Below are positions 28,064 to 37,930 of a DNA stretch of 64,000 nt, piece by piece (the first letter of the stretch is position 1; each line of letters starts with the position of its first letter). Source of the stretch: an uncultured Holophaga sp. Lineage in GTDB: Bacteria; Acidobacteriota; Holophagae; Holophagales; Holophagaceae. The position numbers were made by a program, and so were the translations under genes. The notes under the pieces were generated by a model that worked only from the letters and a program-made list of their open reading frames with translations, was not told where the DNA came from and did no database searches. The stretch is taken from assembly GCA_963664825.1 (NCBI GenBank), contig OY761614.1:352001-416000 (forward strand), in the 5' to 3' direction.

Positions 28064-28079
28064 TGCATTCTTTATGCCA
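28064..28079 (-). promoter_or_regulatory. Sigma54 (-24/-12) promoter
   Basis: Minus strand TGGCATAAAGAATGCA with exact GG-N10-GC spacing, about 35 bp upstream of ATG 28030. Confidence 0.65.
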
Positions 28080-28167
28080 CCCCCATGGAAGCGTTATTTG
28101 GAGGGTCCCGGGCTTGGGACCCTGGCTCCCGCGGCTACACTGGGAACCTCATCGGAGGGCTCCCTAA

Positions 28168-29535
28168 GTGTTCGGCAAGATTCAGCAGATCCATTTCGTG
28201 GGCATTGGCGGCATCGGCATGTCCGGCATCGCCGAAGTCCTCGTGAACCTCGGTTACAAGGTCAGTGGTTCCGATATCAAGGAGAGCGCCACCACTCAGC
28301 GCCTGGCCTCCATGGGCGTGGAGATCCAGATCGGCCACGATGCGAAATGCATCCAGGGTGCCCAGGTTGTGGTGATTTCCAGCGCCGTCCGGGGCGATAA
28401 CCCGGAGGTGGTGGCCGCCCATGCCGCCAAGGTCCCCGTCATCCCCCGGGGCGAGATGCTGGCCGAACTGATGCGCATGAAATATGGCATCGCCGTGGCG
28501 GGTTCCCACGGGAAGACCACCACCACCAGCATGATCGCCCAGGTCCTGAGCCAGGGCGGCATCGATCCCACCATCGTGGTGGGGGGCAGGCTGGGAGCCA
28601 TCGGCAGCAATGCCAAGCTGGGCAAGGGCCCCTTCCTGGTGGCCGAGGCCGACGAGAGCGACGGCAGCTTCCTCATGCTCAGCCCCACCATCGCCGTCAT
28701 CACCAATATCGACCGGGAGCACCTGGATCACTACAAGGATCTGGACGAGATCAAGGAGGCCTTCACGGCCTTCGGCAACAAGATCCCCTTCTACGGCAGC
28801 GTCTTCGCCTGCATGGACTGCCCCAATACCGCGGCCATTCGCCCTCGCCTCCGGCGCCAGGTCCGCACCTATGGCACCCATCCCCAGGTCGATATCCGGG
28901 CCTTCGATATCCAGCCGGAGGGCTTCCGCACCCACTTCAAGGTGCGGGCCTTCGGCCAGGAACTGGGGGCCTTTTCCCTGGGCGTCCCGGGCCACCACAT
29001 GGTCCTCAATGCCCTGGCCGCCATCGGCGTGGCGTTGGAAATGGGCGTTGAGCGCGAGATCATCCATGCCAGCCTCGCCAGTTTCACGGGCGCCGACCGG
29101 CGTTTCTCCAAACGGGGCGAGCGCAACGGCGTGACGGTCATCGATGACTACGGCCACCACCCCACGGAGATCGCCGCCACCCTGAGGGCCGCCCGGGAGG
29201 GTTTCCCGAACCGCCGGATCGTGGCCGCCTTCCAGCCCCACCGCTATTCCCGCACCCAGGCCCTCCTGGAGGAATTCGGCCAAGCCTTCTTCGATGCCGA
29301 TGTGGTGACCGTCACCGATATCTATGCCGCCAGCGAACCCCCCATCCCCGGGCTCACGGGTCTCACCGTGCTGGAGAGCATCCAGGCCCATGGCCAGCGG
29401 GAAGCCCACTACTGCCCCAAGGTGGAGGACCTGCCGACATTCCTGAATACCCTCGTGCGCCCCGGCGACCTGCTCATCACCTTCGGCGCCGGCAGCATCA
29501 CCCAGGTGGGAACGAAGTTTCTGGAACTGCCCTGA
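28168..29535 (+). CDS. murC: UDP-N-acetylmuramate--L-alanine ligase
   Basis: IHFVGIGGIGMSGIA, AGSHGKTTT, EADESDGSF, DDYGHHPTE, FQPHRYSRT. Confidence 0.97.
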   Translation: MFGKIQQIHFVGIGGIGMSGIAEVLVNLGYKVSGSDIKESATTQRLASMGVEIQIGHDAKCIQGAQVVVISSAVRGDNPEVVAAHAAKVPVIPRGEMLAELMRMKYGIAVAGSHGKTTTTSMIAQVLSQGGIDPTIVVGGRLGAIGSNAKLGKGPFLVAEADESDGSFLMLSPTIAVITNIDREHLDHYKDLDEIKEAFTAFGNKIPFYGSVFACMDCPNTAAIRPRLRRQVRTYGTHPQVDIRAFDIQPEGFRTHFKVRAFGQELGAFSLGVPGHHMVLNALAAIGVALEMGVEREIIHASLASFTGADRRFSKRGERNGVTVIDDYGHHPTEIAATLRAAREGFPNRRIVAAFQPHRYSRTQALLEEFGQAFFDADVVTVTDIYAASEPPIPGLTGLTVLESIQAHGQREAHYCPKVEDLPTFLNTLVRPGDLLITFGAGSITQVGTKFLELP

Positions 29536-30108
29536 ATGGGCAAGCGCTTCACGGTCGCCATCACGGGGGCCTCCGGCTCGGGCTTCGCCGTGGCGCTGCT
29601 GAAACGCCTTGGGGCCAATGAAGAGGTCGAGGCGATCCCGCTGCTCCTTTCTCCCACGGGAGCGAACTGCCTCGCCGCAGAATGCGGCCTGAGCGCTGAG
29701 GGACTGGGAGCCTTGAGCCCCAAGATCCAGATCCAGGGCGAGCAGGAGCTGGGCGCTTCCATCAGCAGCGGCAGCCACCGCCAGGATGGCATGGTGATCC
29801 TTCCTTGCAGCGCCGGAACTCTTGGGCGCATCGCCTCCGGCACGAGCGATTCGCTTATCACCCGGGCCGCGGATGTGAGCCTCAAGGAACGCCGCCCCCT
29901 GGTGCTCTGCCTGCGGGAGACGCCCCTCAACCGCATCCACCTGGAGAATATGCTCCGCGCCCACGACGCCGGAGCCATCCTGATGCCCCTCATGCCGGGC
30001 TTCTACTACAAGCCGCAATCCATTGAGGAGCTCTTCGACGCCTTCGCCACGCGTGTGCTGGATCAGCTGGGGATTCAGGAAGAAGACTCGAGACGCTGGA
30101 AGGGATAG
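29536..30108 (+). CDS. ubiX: Flavin prenyltransferase UbiX
   Basis: AITGASG, ISSGS, PCSAGTLG.IA.G, RAADV.LKERR.LVL..RETPL..IHLENM, PGFY.KP. Confidence 0.93.
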   Translation: MGKRFTVAITGASGSGFAVALLKRLGANEEVEAIPLLLSPTGANCLAAECGLSAEGLGALSPKIQIQGEQELGASISSGSHRQDGMVILPCSAGTLGRIASGTSDSLITRAADVSLKERRPLVLCLRETPLNRIHLENMLRAHDAGAILMPLMPGFYYKPQSIEELFDAFATRVLDQLGIQEEDSRRWKG

Positions 30109-30295
30109 ACCAAGGCCCCCGAAAAGCTGAATCCGGAGAGCCCAGGGAGAGGAGTATCCTTGTCTCATCGGCTTGCCATGCGCTTCCTGATGTTTACTCG
30201 CTTCGCATCCGCCTGGCCCCGCAGATCACCCAAACACACCGAAGCTGTATGTCTTCAGCTACAAGCTCGTCTATCCCGAGCGGAGTGACTAAGCG

Positions 30296-31243
30296 ATGAA
30301 TCTGAACCCTCCCGTCCCCTTCCACCCCGCCCTCTGGGCCCCGGGGCCCCACGCCCAGACCATCCTTTCCCATCTATGGAACACGCCCTGCCCGCCCCTG
30401 CCCTGGATGCCCGCGCACCTGGATCTGGAGGAGATGGAGACCCTGCGACTGGAAATCCTGCCAGGACATACCGACACCGTCGTGCTCTATTTCCACGGCC
30501 TGGGGGGCCATGCGACGTCGAGCTACGTTCGGCGCAGCGCCGCCCTAGCCTCCGCCCGGGGACACAGCGTCATCGCCGTCAATCACAGGGGCGCCGGTCT
30601 TGGCCGAGGCCTGGCGAAAAAGCCCTACCACTGCGGTTCCACGGAGGATGTGGCGGCGGTCATCGCCTACGCGCGCCAGCGCTTCCCAGGCAAGCGGGTA
30701 ATCACCGTGGGCTACTCCCTGAGCGCGGCCATGCTGGTACTGCTCCTGGGCCGGGACCACCATCTGGTCCAGCCTGACGCCGCCCTGATCGTGAACCCGC
30801 CCGGGAATTTGGAAGCCTGCTCCCGCCGTCTCCAGCGAGGCGTGAACCGCCTCTACGAACGGCGTTTCGTGAAACTGCTGCGCTATTACGTGGCGGGCCA
30901 CCCCGGGGCCTCCCCGCTCCCTCCCACGCCCGATCTGTGGACCTTCGACGAGGCCTACACGGCCCCCGCAGGGGGGTTCAGGGACCGCGCCGATTACTAC
31001 GCCCGCTGCAGCTGCGGGTCCTACCTGGGCGGCATCCGAACGCCGGCCCTCATCCTCACCAGCGAGGATGATCCCTTTGCCCCGGCCTCCGACCTGGGCG
31101 AACCCTCCGCATCCGTGCACCTGCACGTCGAGCGCCATGGCGGCCACTGCGGCTACCTCGCCGCAGGCATCACCCCCCAGGGGAACCATCGCTGGATGGA
31201 TTACGCCCTGGACCACTACCTCACAGATCTGGAAAAGATCTAA
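30296..31243 (+). CDS. YheT-like alpha/beta hydrolase
   Basis: HAQTI, FHGLGG, NHRG, YHCGSTED, GYSLSA, EDDPF, GGHCG. Confidence 0.88.
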   Translation: MNLNPPVPFHPALWAPGPHAQTILSHLWNTPCPPLPWMPAHLDLEEMETLRLEILPGHTDTVVLYFHGLGGHATSSYVRRSAALASARGHSVIAVNHRGAGLGRGLAKKPYHCGSTEDVAAVIAYARQRFPGKRVITVGYSLSAAMLVLLLGRDHHLVQPDAALIVNPPGNLEACSRRLQRGVNRLYERRFVKLLRYYVAGHPGASPLPPTPDLWTFDEAYTAPAGGFRDRADYYARCSCGSYLGGIRTPALILTSEDDPFAPASDLGEPSASVHLHVERHGGHCGYLAAGITPQGNHRWMDYALDHYLTDLEKI

Positions 31244-31434
31244 GCCGCTGCTCAGGAATAACTCGAACGGCCAGCGGCGGAAGGGGTCGTAGCCGAACAG
31301 CCTGAACTGCACAGGTTATTCCGCTCGACTCCTAAACTCTCGTTGACGTCGTTCCTCCCCGGTACCAGGCTGGACCCGACGATTTTCACGTGACAACCCC
31401 CAGCACCGATGGAATGACATGCCGCGAGGTAGGA

Positions 31435-33903
31435 ATGGATGGATACAGGCTCGCCGATCTGATCGAGCTGACCAACCTTCAAAAGCTGACGAATGCCCAT
31501 TTCCGCGCGGCGGGCATGCCCATCGGCATCATCGACGCCATCGACGGTTCCCTGCTCGTGGGAGCCGGATGGCAGGATATCTGCCTCCGGTTCCATCGCG
31601 CACATCCGGCCTCCATGCAGCGCTGCCGGGAGAGCGACGACTATATCAAGGGGCACCTCATCGAGGGCGAGGCCTGCAGCTATAAGTGCAAGAACGGACT
31701 GTGGGACATCGGCATCCCCATTCTCGTGGCGAAGCAGCACCTGGCCACCCTGTTCCTGGGCCAGTTCTTCTACGAAGGCGAAGCCCCCGACCGCGCCTTC
31801 TTCGCCCGGCAGGCCAAAGAATTTGCCTTCGATACGGAGGCCTACCTCGAGGCCCTCGACCGGGTGCCCAGTTTCAGCCGGGAAAAGGTCGACGATATCC
31901 TCGAATACGACAAGGCCCTCGCCGGATTCATCGCCAATCTCGCCGAGCACGCGCTCCTGAAGCTCGGAGCCGAGCAGATCATCCGAGAAAGCGAACGGAA
32001 GTTCCGCGCCATCTTCGACCAGGCCTACCAGTTCCTGGGGATCCTCTCCGTGGATGGGCGGGTGCTGGAGGTCAACCGGAGCGCCCTGGAATTCTGCGGC
32101 GCGGAGGGGACGGACGTCCTGGGCCAGCCCTTCTGGGAGACACCCTGGTGGGCGCACTCGCCGGAGCTGCAGACCCAGGTGCGCGATGCAACAGAAAGGG
32201 CCGCGGGAGGCGAACGGGTGCGCTTCGAGGTCGCCCACCTCGACGCCCACGGAAGGATGCGGCAAATCGACTTCTCACTCCTGCCAGTGAAGGACGAGGC
32301 CGGTGAGGTGGTCCTTCTGATCCCCGAGGGCAGGGATATCACGGAGCACAAGCTGGCGGAGCAGGAAACCCGCCGCCAGGCCGAATTCCTCCAGCTCATC
32401 ATCGACGCCATGCCCTATCCAGTCTTCTACAAGGACCGCCAGGGCCGCTACATCGGATGCAACCGGGCCTTCGAGGACTTCTTCGGGACCACGCGGGAAC
32501 AGATCGCCGGCAAGACAGTCTTTGATATCTCCCCCCGGGAGCTGGCCGAGGAATACGATCGGTGGGACAAGAGGCTCTTCGCCCAACCGGGCGCTCAGAC
32601 CTACGAGGGGCGCATCCAGACCCCCGGAGAGACCCTCCACGATGTCATCTTCCAAAAGGCCACCTTCCAGGGGCCCGACGGCGAAACGGCCGGCATCGTG
32701 GGCGCGGTGCTCGATATCACCGAACGCAAGCGCACGGAATCGGAAAAGGAGAAGCTCCAGGCACAGCTCCTGCAGGCGCGAAAGATGGAATCCATCGGGC
32801 GCCTGGCCGGAGGGGTGGCCCATGATTTCAACAACATGCTCTGCGTGATCCTCAACCATGCGGAACTGGGGCTCCGCAAGTTGACCCCGGCGGACCCCCT
32901 CCACGCCAGCCTCCAGAACATCGAGAAGGCTGCGGAGCGCTCGGCCCTCCTCACGCGGCAGCTGCTCGCCTTCGCCCGCAAGCAGACGATCTCACCCAAG
33001 GTGTTTGACCTGAACGAGATCGTATCCAGCCTCCTGATGATGCTGCGGCGCCTCGTCGGGGAGGACATCGATCTGGCCTGGCGGCCCGGTGAAGGTCTCT
33101 GGCGGATCCGGATCGATCCAGCCCAGGCCGACCAGATCCTGATGAACCTCGCGGCCAACGCCCGGGACGCCATTTCCGGCGTCGGGAGGATCAGTCTAGA
33201 GACCCTGAACGTGGTGGCCGATGAGGCCTACTGCGCTTCCAACATGGGCGTCGAGCCGGGCGAATACGTCATGCTGGCCGTGAGCGACAACGGATGCGGC
33301 ATGGATCCGGAGACGCAGGCGACCATCTTCGAACCCTTCTTCACCACCAAGGAATCGGGCAAGGGGACCGGACTCGGCCTGGCCACCGTCTACGGCATCG
33401 TGCAGCAGAACCTAGGCAGCATCCATGTCTACAGCGAAGTCGGCCACGGCACGACCTTCAAGATCTACCTGCCCCGCTGCACGGAGGGGTTGCCGGAAGC
33501 GGGCGGAGCGCCCGTCCGGCCGCTCCAGGGGGGATGGGAGACGGTGCTCTTGGTGGAGGATGAAGCGATGCTCCTGGATCTGGCCCGCACACTCCTCGCC
33601 AACCTGGGGTACGCGGTGTTGCCCGCCGGGAATCCCGAGGAGGCCCTGCGCCTCGCAGAGGCCCACGCGGGCCCCATCCACCTGCTGCTCACCGATATGG
33701 TGATGCCCGGCATGAGCGGCCGCGACCTAGCCGAGAGGCTGGAGGCCACGCGGCCGGGACTCAGGCACCTGTTCATGTCGGGCTACACGGCCCATGCGGC
33801 TCCCCATCAGGGCGGGGAGGAAGCGGACATGAACTTCCTGCAGAAGCCATTTTCCGCCCACGACCTGGCCCTCAAGGTCCGGGAGGTGCTGGACAGACAC
33901 TAG
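31435..33903 (+). CDS. Hybrid sensor histidine kinase (PocR - PAS - PAS - HisKA - HATPase - REC)
   Basis: PocR-like WQDIC..FHR...C.ESD and YKCKNGL.D...PI; two PAS; GGVAHDFNN, DNGCGM, GTGLGL; C-terminal REC. Confidence 0.92.
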   Translation: MDGYRLADLIELTNLQKLTNAHFRAAGMPIGIIDAIDGSLLVGAGWQDICLRFHRAHPASMQRCRESDDYIKGHLIEGEACSYKCKNGLWDIGIPILVAKQHLATLFLGQFFYEGEAPDRAFFARQAKEFAFDTEAYLEALDRVPSFSREKVDDILEYDKALAGFIANLAEHALLKLGAEQIIRESERKFRAIFDQAYQFLGILSVDGRVLEVNRSALEFCGAEGTDVLGQPFWETPWWAHSPELQTQVRDATERAAGGERVRFEVAHLDAHGRMRQIDFSLLPVKDEAGEVVLLIPEGRDITEHKLAEQETRRQAEFLQLIIDAMPYPVFYKDRQGRYIGCNRAFEDFFGTTREQIAGKTVFDISPRELAEEYDRWDKRLFAQPGAQTYEGRIQTPGETLHDVIFQKATFQGPDGETAGIVGAVLDITERKRTESEKEKLQAQLLQARKMESIGRLAGGVAHDFNNMLCVILNHAELGLRKLTPADPLHASLQNIEKAAERSALLTRQLLAFARKQTISPKVFDLNEIVSSLLMMLRRLVGEDIDLAWRPGEGLWRIRIDPAQADQILMNLAANARDAISGVGRISLETLNVVADEAYCASNMGVEPGEYVMLAVSDNGCGMDPETQATIFEPFFTTKESGKGTGLGLATVYGIVQQNLGSIHVYSEVGHGTTFKIYLPRCTEGLPEAGGAPVRPLQGGWETVLLVEDEAMLLDLARTLLANLGYAVLPAGNPEEALRLAEAHAGPIHLLLTDMVMPGMSGRDLAERLEATRPGLRHLFMSGYTAHAAPHQGGEEADMNFLQKPFSAHDLALKVREVLDRH

Positions 33904-35054
33904 CGTGCCATGGGGCCCGCCTCGCGAAGCTCCTTCACAAGGCCCGGTAGCATCCCGGCCAGATCCGTGATCTCGACCTCGGTCGTGAAGCGGCTTAGGG
34001 AAAGGCGGAGGGTCCCCATCGCAAGAGCCGGTTCCACCCCCATGGCACGCAGCACATGGCTGGGCTCCTTCTGGCCCGTGGTGCAGGCGCTGCCCGTGGA
34101 AACGCAGATACCCTGCTGACTCAATCCCAGCAGAAGGGCTTCGCCTTCGAGACCGGGGAAGCCCAGGCAACTGGTATTGGGGAGCCGGGCAGCGCCTTCA
34201 CCGTGAACCCGGAGTTCGGGAAGAGCGGCCTTCAGGGCCGATTCCAGGCCATCCCGCAACTCACCCACCCGCACCATACCGAGAAGTCCAACTCTCGCCA
34301 ATTCCGCGGCCCTGCCCAGGCCCACCAGGGCAGGCAGGTTCTCGGTGCCACCCCGGCGGCCCCGCTCCTGATGGCCCCCCACCATGAAGGGCTTCAACCG
34401 CAATCCCCGCCGGAGGAAGAGGGCCCCTGCCCCCTTGGGGCCATGGAATTTGTGGGCACTCAGGTTCAGGAGATCGACAGGCAGGTGCGCGAGATCCAGG
34501 GCCACTTTGCCCACGGCTTGTGTCGCATCCACGTGGAAGAGCGCCCCCTTGGCCTTCACGCAAGAAGCGATCTCTTCGATGGGAAAACGCACGCCCGTCT
34601 CATTATTGGCCGCCATCACAGAGACCAGCGCCGTGTCCGGCCGGATGGAGGCCTCCAGGCGCGCCAAATCCAGGCGCCCTCTCCCATCCACGGGCAGCAC
34701 CGTCACCTCGGCCCCCTGGCGCCTCAACCATTCCACGAGGGCCATCACCGCACTGTGTTCCACGGCGGTGGTCACAAAGTGGCGTTTAAGCGGGAAGGCT
34801 TCGAAGACACCCCGGAAGGCGTGGTTCAGGCCTTCCGTGCCGCCGCTGTTGAATACCAATTCAGAACCCTGACAGTTCAAGAGCGCGGCCACCTGCTCCC
34901 GGGCCTGCACCAGCGCGCCCTCGGAAAGCAGGCCCAGCACGTGCGCAGAACTGGGATTGCCGTAATGCTCCCGAAAGAAGGGCAGCATCGCCTCCAGGAC
35001 TTCCGAGGCCATGCGGGTCGTGGCGTTGTTATCCAGGTAGATGAGACCAGGCAT
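33900..35054 (-). CDS. Cysteine desulfurase (NifS/IscS family)
   Basis: YLDNNATT, GNPSS.H, NNETG, HVDATQ, SAHKFHGPKG, STGSAC, PSHVL. Confidence 0.93.
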   Translation of the reverse strand: MPGLIYLDNNATTRMASEVLEAMLPFFREHYGNPSSAHVLGLLSEGALVQAREQVAALLNCQGSELVFNSGGTEGLNHAFRGVFEAFPLKRHFVTTAVEHSAVMALVEWLRRQGAEVTVLPVDGRGRLDLARLEASIRPDTALVSVMAANNETGVRFPIEEIASCVKAKGALFHVDATQAVGKVALDLAHLPVDLLNLSAHKFHGPKGAGALFLRRGLRLKPFMVGGHQERGRRGGTENLPALVGLGRAAELARVGLLGMVRVGELRDGLESALKAALPELRVHGEGAARLPNTSCLGFPGLEGEALLLGLSQQGICVSTGSACTTGQKEPSHVLRAMGVEPALAMGTLRLSLSRFTTEVEITDLAGMLPGLVKELREAGPMAR

Positions 35055-35064
35055 GGTCACCCCT

Positions 35065-36741
35065 TCAGCGGAAGCGCGCCAGGTAGGCGGCCCTGCTCCG
35101 ATCGGTGATATCCCAGGCTCCCCGCTGCTCGGGGCTGAGGTGGGGCCAAGCATCCGCATCGATCAATGCCCAGACCGGCCGGGTAGGATCAGTGGCACGC
35201 AGATGGGCGGCCACCGCATTGAGATCCTGGAGCTCTTCCCGGAACCAGTGATCCCGCTCGGCGGCGGGAAGTCGATCCCGACCATAGGCCAGCTCCCCCG
35301 TGCCCGCCACCACCACGACCCGACGGCCGGTCTGGAAGGGGAGGTTTTGGAAGTAGTAGCCCGCGCTGATCCACTGGGCTTCCCGGGGAGCCTTGGCGAT
35401 CAGGGCACTGGTGGAACGATCCGGCTCCGCAGTTTTCTTGGCCGCAAGGCTTATCAGCAGCAGGGCGACAGCCAAGGCCACCATCCAGCGACTGGCCGTC
35501 AGTCCCTTAGGGCGCAGCGCCCAGAGGCCCAGGAGCAGGAAAGCCACGCCAAGGAGCATCACCCACGGCATTCCCGCGGGAGTCTTCAAGAAGAAGGGCA
35601 CGATGAACGCGAAGATGGCACCGAGGGTAAGCAGCTCCCAGCCATGGCGGCGCAGGGTTGCGGGCTCCTCGCCCTCCCGCTCCAGGGCACAGGCCAGGGC
35701 CATCAGAGGCACGAGCACCGGAAGGATATAGGGCGGCAGCTTGGAATGGGAGAGGCTGAAGAAGACAAGGGGCACCGCGAAGGCCAGAAGCGTGAACGCC
35801 ACTACCCAGCGGTGCAGCGGCGCGCCCTCCCCCATGGGGCCCGTCCTGCGCCACGCGAAAGCCCAGCCCCGCTTCAGACCCACGAGGGACGCCGATAGCC
35901 AGGGTAGGAGACCCACCAGGAGCACGCCCACGAAGTAGAGTTTGTCGCAGATAGGATTCTTGGATCCCTGCCGTGCATGCACGTTGCTGGCGAAGCGCGC
36001 GAAATGCTCATGGATGAAGAAGAAGCGCGCGTGTCCAGGATTGGCCTGCTCCACCATCCAGAACCAGGGGATCGAGATCGCCAGGAAGAGTAGCCACCCG
36101 AAGGGGTCGAAAAAGACCCGCAGCACCGTGTTCCGCAGCTTCCGGTCCCCCCAGGCGAAAGGCAGCGAGGCCAGCACCGCGCCCCCCAGCAGGACGGGAG
36201 CGGCCAGGCCCTTGGTGAGCAGAGAAAGAGCCACGGCACCGAAGGCCCCGAGGGTCCATCCCAGGGAAGGGCGGCCCTCGAAGCGCGCCGCCACGGCCTC
36301 CACGGCGAGAGCGAAACTGGCCACCAGGAAGGCCGAGAAGAGGGCGTCCAGAGTCAGGACCTGAGCGCACACGAAACCCAGGAGCGCGCTGGCCGCCATG
36401 AAGGAGGCCCAGATGGGCCGACGCGCCCCGAGCCTGCGAGCCAGAAGGAAGGCCGCGCCCATGGAGATCAACGTCGCCAGCGCCAGGGGCAGGCGCGCCG
36501 CAATGGCATTGAGGCCAAAGGCCTTCATGCTGAGAGCCGACAGCCAGTACTGCAGGGGCGGCTTCTCGAAATAGAGCACGTAGTTGAGCCGGGGCGTGAG
36601 CCAATCCCCCAGGGCGATCATCTCTCGTGGAATTTCCGAGTAGCGCGCCTCGTCAGGCTCCCAGAGCTGACGAAGGAAGAGCGGCACCAGGCCCAGGCCG
36701 AGCCATGTGAGGAAGAACTGCCAGCGTTCCTTCCGGTTCAT
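35065..36741 (-). CDS. ArnT-family 4-amino-4-deoxy-L-arabinose transferase-like protein
   Basis: LWEPDEARYSEIPREM...GDW.TPRLN...YFEKPPL.YW, LLTKG, FFFIHEHF.RF, SKLPPYILP. Confidence 0.9.
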   Translation of the reverse strand: MNRKERWQFFLTWLGLGLVPLFLRQLWEPDEARYSEIPREMIALGDWLTPRLNYVLYFEKPPLQYWLSALSMKAFGLNAIAARLPLALATLISMGAAFLLARRLGARRPIWASFMAASALLGFVCAQVLTLDALFSAFLVASFALAVEAVAARFEGRPSLGWTLGAFGAVALSLLTKGLAAPVLLGGAVLASLPFAWGDRKLRNTVLRVFFDPFGWLLFLAISIPWFWMVEQANPGHARFFFIHEHFARFASNVHARQGSKNPICDKLYFVGVLLVGLLPWLSASLVGLKRGWAFAWRRTGPMGEGAPLHRWVVAFTLLAFAVPLVFFSLSHSKLPPYILPVLVPLMALACALEREGEEPATLRRHGWELLTLGAIFAFIVPFFLKTPAGMPWVMLLGVAFLLLGLWALRPKGLTASRWMVALAVALLLISLAAKKTAEPDRSTSALIAKAPREAQWISAGYYFQNLPFQTGRRVVVVAGTGELAYGRDRLPAAERDHWFREELQDLNAVAAHLRATDPTRPVWALIDADAWPHLSPEQRGAWDITDRSRAAYLARFR

Positions 36742-36775
36742 TGCGACTCCATCGGCATGTTCGTCCAAAATCAAA

Positions 36776-36805
36776 GACACGGATGAACCCGGGTTCATCC
36801 GTGTC
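36776..36805. repeat. Perfect 30-bp palindrome, terminator-like on the minus strand
   Basis: GACACGGATGAACCC|GGGTTCATCCGTGTC, followed by TTTGATTTT on the minus strand. Confidence 0.9.
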
Positions 36806-36823
36806 CGGTGGTACCGGTTGGGC

Positions 36824-37876
36824 TCAGCCCTCGGTCTCGATGACCTTCTCCAGGGCCTTGTGCTCTTCCACGAAGAAGTCGAGGGCCTTCCGGAGGGATT
36901 CCTTCATGCCGATCCTGGGATTGAAGGCGAAAGCCTCCTGCATGCGCTTGATGCTCGGGGTGCGGCGCATCACATCCTGGTAGCCCTTGCCGTAGAAGGT
37001 TCCGCTGGCGGTCTCCACCAGGGATCCCTCGGGAATGCCGCGCTCCAGGCGGAAGGGGTGCTCCTTCCAGATCTCGATCATCATCTCGGCGATCTCCCGC
37101 ACGCTCTTGTCGTTGGCGGGGTTGCCGATATTGAAGATCTTGCCATCGGCCACGCCGCCCTCGTTGCGGAGGATGGACATGAGGCCGTCCATGGCATCAT
37201 CCACATCGCAGAAGCAGCGATGGGCATGGCCGCCGTCCACCAGGTTGAGGGGCTCCCCGTTGAAGAGGTTCCAGCTGAACTGGGTGACCAGACGGCTGCT
37301 GCCTTCCTTGGCGGTATTCAGGCTATCGAGTTTGGGTCCCATCCAGTTGAAGGGACGAATGAGGGTGAATTTCAGGCCCTTCTGGAAACCGTAGGCCCAG
37401 ATCACGCGGTCCAGCAGCTGCTTGGAGGTGCTGTAGATCCACCGGTTCATGGGAATGGGGCCGGTGATCAGCGGGCTGGTCTCCTCGTCGAATTCGGCGT
37501 CCGTGCACATGCCGTAGACTTCCGAGGTGCTGGGGAACACGATGCGCTTGTTGTACTTCACGCAGTAGCGGACGATGCGCAGGTTCTCCTCGAAATCCAG
37601 CTCGAAGACCCGCAGGGGATCGGTGACATAGACCTTGGGGGTGGCGATGGCCACCAGGGGCAGCACCACGTCGCACTTCTTCACGTGATACTCGATCCAC
37701 TCGTTGCTGATGGAGATATCGCCTTCCACGAAATGGAACCTGGGGTCATTCAGATGCTCGGTGATCTTGTGGCTGCCGAGATCCATGCCATAGATCTCCC
37801 AGTTGGTGTCCTTCAGGATGCGGTCCGTGAGATGGGAACCGATGAACCCGTTGACACCGAGGATGAGAATTTTCAT
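36824..37876 (-). CDS. Stand-alone ArnA-type UDP-glucuronate dehydrogenase/decarboxylase (no formyltransferase domain)
   Basis: [64 protein letters not shown]. Confidence 0.92.
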   Translation of the reverse strand: MKILILGVNGFIGSHLTDRILKDTNWEIYGMDLGSHKITEHLNDPRFHFVEGDISISNEWIEYHVKKCDVVLPLVAIATPKVYVTDPLRVFELDFEENLRIVRYCVKYNKRIVFPSTSEVYGMCTDAEFDEETSPLITGPIPMNRWIYSTSKQLLDRVIWAYGFQKGLKFTLIRPFNWMGPKLDSLNTAKEGSSRLVTQFSWNLFNGEPLNLVDGGHAHRCFCDVDDAMDGLMSILRNEGGVADGKIFNIGNPANDKSVREIAEMMIEIWKEHPFRLERGIPEGSLVETASGTFYGKGYQDVMRRTPSIKRMQEAFAFNPRIGMKESLRKALDFFVEEHKALEKVIETEG

Positions 37877-37930
37877 GCGCCGCTCCATATTTTTGACGTT
37901 TCAGTGTAGCAGCCTCGTGCCGCCTCGCCT

